A DNA stretch of 64,000 bases, taken from assembly GCA_951406725.2 (NCBI GenBank), contig OX597834.1:44392001-44456000 (forward strand), given 5' to 3'. The notes below the pieces were generated by a model. The model saw only the letters and a program-made list of their open reading frames with translations, was not told where the DNA came from and did not search any database. Within the stretch, counting starts at the first letter, position 1. Each line of letters begins with the position of its first letter. Made by a program: the position numbers and the translations under genes. Below, piece after piece: positions 55,914 through 64,000 of this stretch. This stretch comes from Octopus vulgaris. Lineage: Eukaryota.

Positions 55914-56329
55914 AGATGTGGGCTCCATATATAGAAAAAAGAAAAAAATACAGTGTTCCGTAAAGATTGTCAGGCTGCAAAAGATCAAGGAACGTAAACG
56001 AAACGACATTAGACTGCATTAGGCCAAGTGACAAACATAAGCACGGTACTGACAACACGAAGAAGACGACTGGCCTCTCTCTTATTCATGAGTTGCTGAT
56101 GTGACAGGATTTGCACGGACACATACCGATACACATACACATATATGCATATGCATATACATGCATTCGTACATACATACACACACACACAAACATACAC
56201 ACACACATATATGCATCTTGTTTAACGTATGCACGCTGTCGATAGTCTAATTACTGAGGCATTTATCTTCTGAAAAAACTGTTGATGGATGTTGTATGTG
56301 AAACCGAGCGAGTGTCTCTTTCCATATAC

Positions 56330-56382
<53 letters not shown>

Positions 56383-56415
56383 TCTCTCTCCTCTCTCTCC
56401 TCCTCTCTCTCTCTC

Positions 56416-56470
<55 letters not shown>

Positions 56471-56757
56471 TTTATACATTGTATATACATATATACAGAA
56501 AGAGAGAGAGAGAGAGAGAAAGACAGAAGACATACTGACACACAGACAGATACATGTATAAACATGTATAAGACTATAAAGCATCGTTTATTATTGCATA
56601 TTTATCAGTTTCTATACATAGTAAGCAGGTAATTTAATTGCGTCTATTTAAGTATTAATGTATTTAGTTTGCCGGAATATTAAAATATGTCAAACAGTTT
56701 AGAATGTAGGTTAGGGAATAACAAAATATACACTCACATACACGCGTAAACATGCAC

Positions 56758-56791
<34 letters not shown>

Positions 56792-56794
56792 GTA

Positions 56795-58071
56795 CAGGGG
56801 TTGGACAAAATAATGGAAACACCTAGCATCATGAAATCATAAAATTGAAATATCTATAAAACCGTCAAAAGCTTGTTTATTTTTAGGTTTATTTGATTTA
56901 TTATTACTGTTATTTAATATGTTTTGCTAAAATTGCTGTTTCTTTTCAGGTATCATCAGAAAAAGGTAATTAAAATTCATTAAAATGGCAGATCTATCGG
57001 ACTTTTTAAGAGGTCAAATTGTTGGTGCTCGTATGGCAGGTGCTAGCGTAACAAAAACAGATGAAATATTTGGTGTATCGAGAAGTACTGTCTCGAAAGT
57101 AATGCCAGCCTTTGACAATGAGGGAAAAACCTCCTCGTCGAAACAAAACTCCGGAAGAAAACCAAAACTTTCAGTTAGGGACCGTCGGACTCTTACGCGA
57201 AACGTAAGAAAGGATCACAAAAGTACAGCTCCCAAAATTACTGCAGAGCTTAATGGCCACATCGAGAACCCAGTTTTCACAAAATCTGTTCGCCGGGAGG
57301 TGCACAAAGCCGGATTCCACGGAAGGGCTGCAATCAGAAAACCCCTTCTTTCAAAGCCAAACGTTGCAAAACGATTGGAGTATAGTAATATCCTACAGAA
57401 TTGGTCCCTAGAGCAGTGGAAGAATGTTACTTTCTCGGATTTGTCATCCTTTACCTTATTTCCGGCCACCAGCCGAATATACGTGTGGAAACAGTCAAAA
57501 GAAGCTTTTGACCCAGACTTCCTTCTTCCAACTGTTAAACATGGAGGAGGATCAGTGATGATCTGGGGGGGGGGGGCATATCTTAGAAATCCGCCGGCCC
57601 AATTAATTCTGCCATGAAGGCAGAATTAATAGTCAAGACTATGCATTTTTTCTGATCAAATTCATCCTATGGTTGTGGAACTGTTTCCGGAGAGAAATGC
57701 AATCTTTCAGGATGAAAATGCACCAATTCACACAGCTAAAGTTGTTACTGAATGGCACGAGGAACATTCTAGTGAAGTTGAACATCTTATCTGGCCACCA
57801 CAATCTCCAGATCTCAATATTATTGAACATTTATGGTGCATGTTAGAAAAACAAGTAAGGTGTCAATATCCTCCACCATCTTCACTACAAGAACTAGAGA
57901 CTGTTTTAGCTGAAGAATAGACAAAAAGTCCTTTGGAAACAATTCAAACTTTGTACGAGTCCATACCTCGTAGAATTCAAGCTGTAATTACTGCTAAAGG
58001 CGGTCCTACCCCATATTAAAATAAATTTGTTTGAAATTTTAAGGTGTTTCCATTATTTTGCCAAATCCCTG
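56795..58071 (+). mobile_element. full-length Tc1-like transposon (1277 bp), D36E spacing
   Basis: About 30-bp TIRs caggggttggacaaaataatggaaacacct / aggtgtttccattattttgccaaatccctg with TA on both sides; internal transposase. Confidence 0.95.
56985..58019 (+). pseudogene. Tc1-family transposase, frameshifted
   Basis: HTH N-terminus MADLSDFLRGQIVGAR, GRKPKL, FSD(L)S, PTVKHGGGSVMIWG, FQD(E)NAPIH, WPPQSPDLNIIEHLW, GGPTPY*; frameshift at the poly-G run near 57564-57576 and a premature stop at 57918-57920. Confidence 0.92.
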
Positions 58072-58079
58072 TATTTATT

Positions 58080-58470
<391 letters not shown>

Positions 58471-58505
58471 GTTTTATGGATTAAAGCAAGTAACTTTCAC
58501 ATCCT

Positions 58506-58712
58506 CTACTCAGAGTTTTCCTTGTGATAGCGGATATTCTTGCACCCGATTCCCACCCATGGCTCGTCAGTGAGGTTATTACAGTGTCTGGATATCGAAT
58601 ATAAACTCATCCGCTGCCAAAAGGAATCTCTGATGCGAATGTTACCTGTTTGAGTTTTATAATAAACATATTCCTCTACTACAATAATATTCATGCCTTC
58701 CATTGCTGTTAT
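58506..58712 (-). pseudogene. possible Penelope GIY-YIG C-terminal relic followed by a degenerate HHR core
   Basis: Peptide MEGMNIIVVEE...IRIRDSFWQRM resembles the RExFW motif of Penelope endonucleases; downstream CTGACGA-gcca tggg tgg-GAAT at 58543-58575. Confidence 0.35.
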
Positions 58713-58736
58713 GTATGTGCTTTATCGGTATAAATG

Positions 58737-58848
58737 CAGGGTACTGTGAATAAACTGTTATCTCTATTACGCAAAAATGAAAATAATACTGTCATCTCAT
58801 CTTCACGGATATATTTACCAAAATTACATAAAAATATCTTCAAATACC
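58737..58848 (-). mobile_element. 3' terminus of the same maT-type element as 42041-42595
   Basis: cagggtactgtgaataaactgttatct...aaaatgaaaataatactg is the reverse complement of 42485-42595. Confidence 0.8.
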
Positions 58849-58854
58849 AATACC

Positions 58855-59040
58855 CTTTTACTATTTTACTTGTTTCAACACCAGGACTTCTTCTTTGTAA
58901 GCCTAGTACTTATTCTATCAGTTCTTTGTGCGAACCACTAAGTTACGGGGATATAAACACACCAGCATCGGTTATCAAGCGATGTTGAGGGACAAACTCA
59001 TACACACAAATATATGCACACACACACACACACACACATA

Positions 59041-59117
<77 letters not shown>

Positions 59118-59285
59118 ATATATACGACAAGCTTCTTTCAGTTTCTGTCTACCAAGTCCACTCACAAGACTTGGGTCGGTCCGAAACTATAGTAGAAGCC
59201 ACTTGCCCAAGGTGCCATGCAGTGGGAATGAACCCGGAACCATGTGGTTGGTAAGTAAGCTACTTATCACACATCCACTCCTGCG

Positions 59286-59288
<3 letters not shown>
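58855..59288 (-). mobile_element. CORE-like (OR-type) SINE with internal (CA)n(TA)n
   Basis: ctttgtaagcctagtacttattctatc...cttgcccaaggtgccatgcagtgggaatgaacccggaacc...ccactcctgcgcct. Confidence 0.87.
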
Positions 59289-59360
<72 letters not shown>

Positions 59361-60421
59361 TGTACATTTAAACACATAAGAGGTATCCTTCATAGGATTC
59401 CTTTCACGCTAGAATGAACAGCTAATGTCCAAACCACTTTTAGGGAGAGAAAACTCGAAGTGAATGAAAAATAAAAAGATTTACCATCTATTTCCTGGAC
59501 CATGGTTACCGACTCTTTTTTAGCAAATAAAGTGATTTGCTAGGCGATGTCTTCATCAACAGGTGCGCCTATATCAAACATATAAGTACGAGGTAAATCC
59601 AGCCTGAGCCTCATGCTTATACGTTATAATCTTTCAAATTCGCCGCGCAAGCGCAGCTTTATGCACATATATATGTATATAGATAGATAGATAGATATAC
59701 ATATAGCTATAAAGTAAGATGATTTATTATGGATAATATATTTAGTATTATCTTCCAGACAGTATAACAGTTTTAGCAGTAAGCAATCCGTTCCAGTTTA
59801 TGTACATGTCAGAAGCAATCCAATCTGGTTTGTGTGCATGCCATAATCAAAGTCTTTGCAAAGGGAACCATACAAATAAGTTATCGTTTAACACCAACCA
59901 TAGTATCGCAATTTAGAGAAACGATCGCAATATATACATACATGAAAAAGAGAAATGACGTTATTTTTGTTAAAGGGAACTTGATTCATTTCGACTGAGA
60001 CGGGGTTTGGTTTTAAAATATGAAATTTCAGCTTGAAATAATATGAATGAAAAACATTCGATTAAATTTCAGGTTAATTTATGTTCCAAACATCAGTAAA
60101 ATAATTACAAATATATTTTTTCTAAATTTTTCACCATCTCCGAAATTTATCGAAACAAAGTTAGTGGATTTCTGCAGAAATATGGTGAAGAAAGTTGTTG
60201 AAATCCACTTACAGAAATGAAAGGTTATAGTAATTATTGTAACGAATGCTTTAGAGTTGTGAGGGAAATATTTCTTTTGCGCCGAGCGATTATGAAGACA
60301 ACCCAATAAAGTCAAAAAAGAAAACGAAAAAGCTTAGAGCATTAGTATATAGTATATTTATATATTTACGTATACATAAATGCATACATAGATGCATACA
60401 TATATATACATATATATACAT

Positions 60422-60479
<58 letters not shown>

Positions 60480-61187
60480 ATATATCAACATAAATGCATA
60501 CACACACACACACACACATATACATGCACGCACATTCATATGTGTTTATATTATAAGCATGTAGATTTGTGTGTGTATATATGTACTGGTGAATGTGCTG
60601 TATATGGGCACGTGTGTTCTTGTGTATGTAGAGGAATGTATATGGCGTTGAAAATAATTGGGGAAATCGTAGCGGAAGTTTATAATGGGATAAGACAGGC
60701 TGTAAGGAAAAGTGATGGCGAGAAGAATAGGATATATTGTAAAGGAGATAATTATATTGGTGATGTCTATGTGTGGAGGCTGGTGGCTGGGGGTAAAACA
60801 TGTGTATAAGTGTAATTAGGAGGATACCTAAACGCGCACGCGTGTAGACACATATATATATATTATATTATATTATATATATATATATGTATGTATGCAT
60901 ATATATGTATGCGTGCATGTGTACGTCCGTGTGTCCGTAGGTGTGTGTGTGTGGGCACCAAGTCGACTGACTACCTCTAAATGTATTTGTGAGTGTATAT
61001 ATATTTATTTCATTGTGTATATACGTAAGTGTGTGTCTCTATTCAGATGTCCCTGAAATATGTCAATGAATATATGTAAATATATGTAAATATATTATAC
61101 TTTAATGTTTGTATGTGGCAACAGTGCTATTCTTTCTAATTATTGTCTTGTGGTTTATTCTTGTCGCATGTTTCCACGTAGGGTATT

Positions 61188-62100
<913 letters not shown>

Positions 62101-62845
62101 CCAGTGTCTATAACATTGTGTTTGTGTGAGTGAATGCATCTTGTGTTATTTGAGTTATGCCATTGTGCGTGTGTCTGTCTGTGCGTAAGCCGATCCTACA
62201 ACGGAGCGTGTGTGTACAGTGTGATGAAGCTTGGCGTTTCATTTTTTTGTTTTTTTTTGTGTGTGTTTGTGTGTGTGTTGGAGAAAATCATGAATATATA
62301 ATTATGTTTGTATTTGTTGCAAAGACTGTTTCTGGTGGTAGCAAAATAAACAAAAATAAAGCAAAAGTATAATATGAAACAAAAACCAAGAATAATAGAA
62401 AACAACGTAAAATGGAATGCCATGTGAAAAATAACAACCATTAATAATATTGTATTAATACTACTACTAATAGTGATATCAATAATAAAAACAATAACAA
62501 CAATAACAAATGCAAAAATAAAAACACCAATAATAACAACAACAGAAATATCAACAGTGAAAGTAAAGAAGAAACGAAAAAAAAAAAAAAGAAACCGACA
62601 TGTCCCTTCTGCCTGTTGTGGAACTGTTAGTTAAGATGGTGGACAATTACAGCTTTTACCTCATTATAGCTTTAATTAGCTATTTCAGTTTACTCTAATT
62701 AACTCAGTGGACATTTGTGGATGTTTACCATCTTTTAAGGCGTTCATTAGAAAGATAGAAAAATAACATCATCATCATCATCATCAACAACAACAACAAC
62801 AACACCAACAGTTATATATATATATGTAAAGTATATATGTATAAT

Positions 62846-62881
<36 letters not shown>

Positions 62882-63300
62882 GTAGTACACATCAGTGTGT
62901 GTATGTACAAATTTACATCTATGTGAATGCATGTATATAATTATACAGTTGTAATTATTGTGTAATCCAGACAGAGACACAAGCATATATATGTATGCGT
63001 GTATAACTGTGTGTGTCTGTGGATGCGCGTGTTTGGTAAATTAGTACCAGTTGCTGGTTCTACAAACAAGCTTTCCAATATGCAAATATATTTATTTACG
63101 TTTGTGTTGTGAATGCTGTACCTGATTTGGTGGACAGCATCCGCTATAAGAACAGGCACAGAAACGACGAAAGATATTGATAAATCGTACTTTGTATATA
63201 GATAAAAATGTAAGAGTTTCTGCTTGGAATAGTATTTTGGACGTCTGCTTATCCAGTTATTAAATCAACATCGAGCAAGCACGTATGTCTGTAAACATGC

Positions 63301-63380
<80 letters not shown>

Positions 63381-63832
63381 GTTCGCTCTTGCTCTGTATT
63401 GTGTGAGCATTGATATATTCAGTAGGTACGTTGCATTAGATATGTTCACAATTTTCTTCAATGAAACTACTATAAATTTAGAATAAATTTGTCGAAATTT
63501 TACGTCATTCGATGATTTTATTTAAATTATTTCATTTCATTACTCTCAAAGCAATTATTTCAATAATATTCCTTCCTTTCTTTCTCTCTCTCTCTTTTTT
63601 TTTTTTTGTTGCTAAAAGCTTTATAATCAAATACTCATATTTGAGTATATTGTGCATTATCTAATTTAATTGGATACATTCACTTTGATATATAGCAATT
63701 TGCTTCAGATGATGCCCTTTACATCCTTAGAAATGGCAAATTTTTTCGCATGTTAATTGAAAGGCATCATACTAAACATATCCATTTATCATAGTTATAT
63801 GCCAACGTATTTTCTAAATTACAAAAAATTAC

Positions 63833-63900
<68 letters not shown>

Positions 63901-64000
63901 GTAGATATATATACATATATACATATATGATAGTAACAACAATAATTTAAAATATGCGATTCTTTAAAGTGGTTTATGGCTTTTATAATCGTTAATTTAA

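Overview
AT-rich, microsatellite-saturated animal DNA with no host protein-coding exon that I can support; it is probably a large intron or intergenic region. The repeat content looks like an octopus/coleoid cephalopod genome (inferred from the SINE families, not proven). Almost every ORF in the supplied track is a microsatellite or SINE translation artefact. Recognisable content: (i) many tRNA-derived SINEs in at least four modular families, including a Nin/Deu-domain family, one copy of which forms a TSD-flanked A-B-A-B tetramer; (ii) DNA transposon relics, namely a full-length but frameshifted Tc1-like element with D36E spacing, DD34D mariner relics, DD37D/maT relics, hAT MITEs and a non-autonomous Helitron; (iii) a CRE-like RLE non-LTR relic and possible Penelope GIY-YIG relics; (iv) a near-identical ~1.3 kb tandem duplication and a 150-bp hairpin element. 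The most interesting signal is a set of about 9 minimal type I hammerhead-ribozyme (HHR) motifs of the Penelope-associated kind, in several unrelated short repeat families. Two have canonical cores (37188-37227 minus, 39743-39788 plus) and a third has a single core variant (23773-23810 minus). One family joins a Pol III tRNA head, an (AAT)n spacer and an HHR tail, making it a candidate ribozyme-bearing, Penelope-mobilised SINE/retrozyme. All calls were made by eye and boundaries of degenerate elements are approximate.
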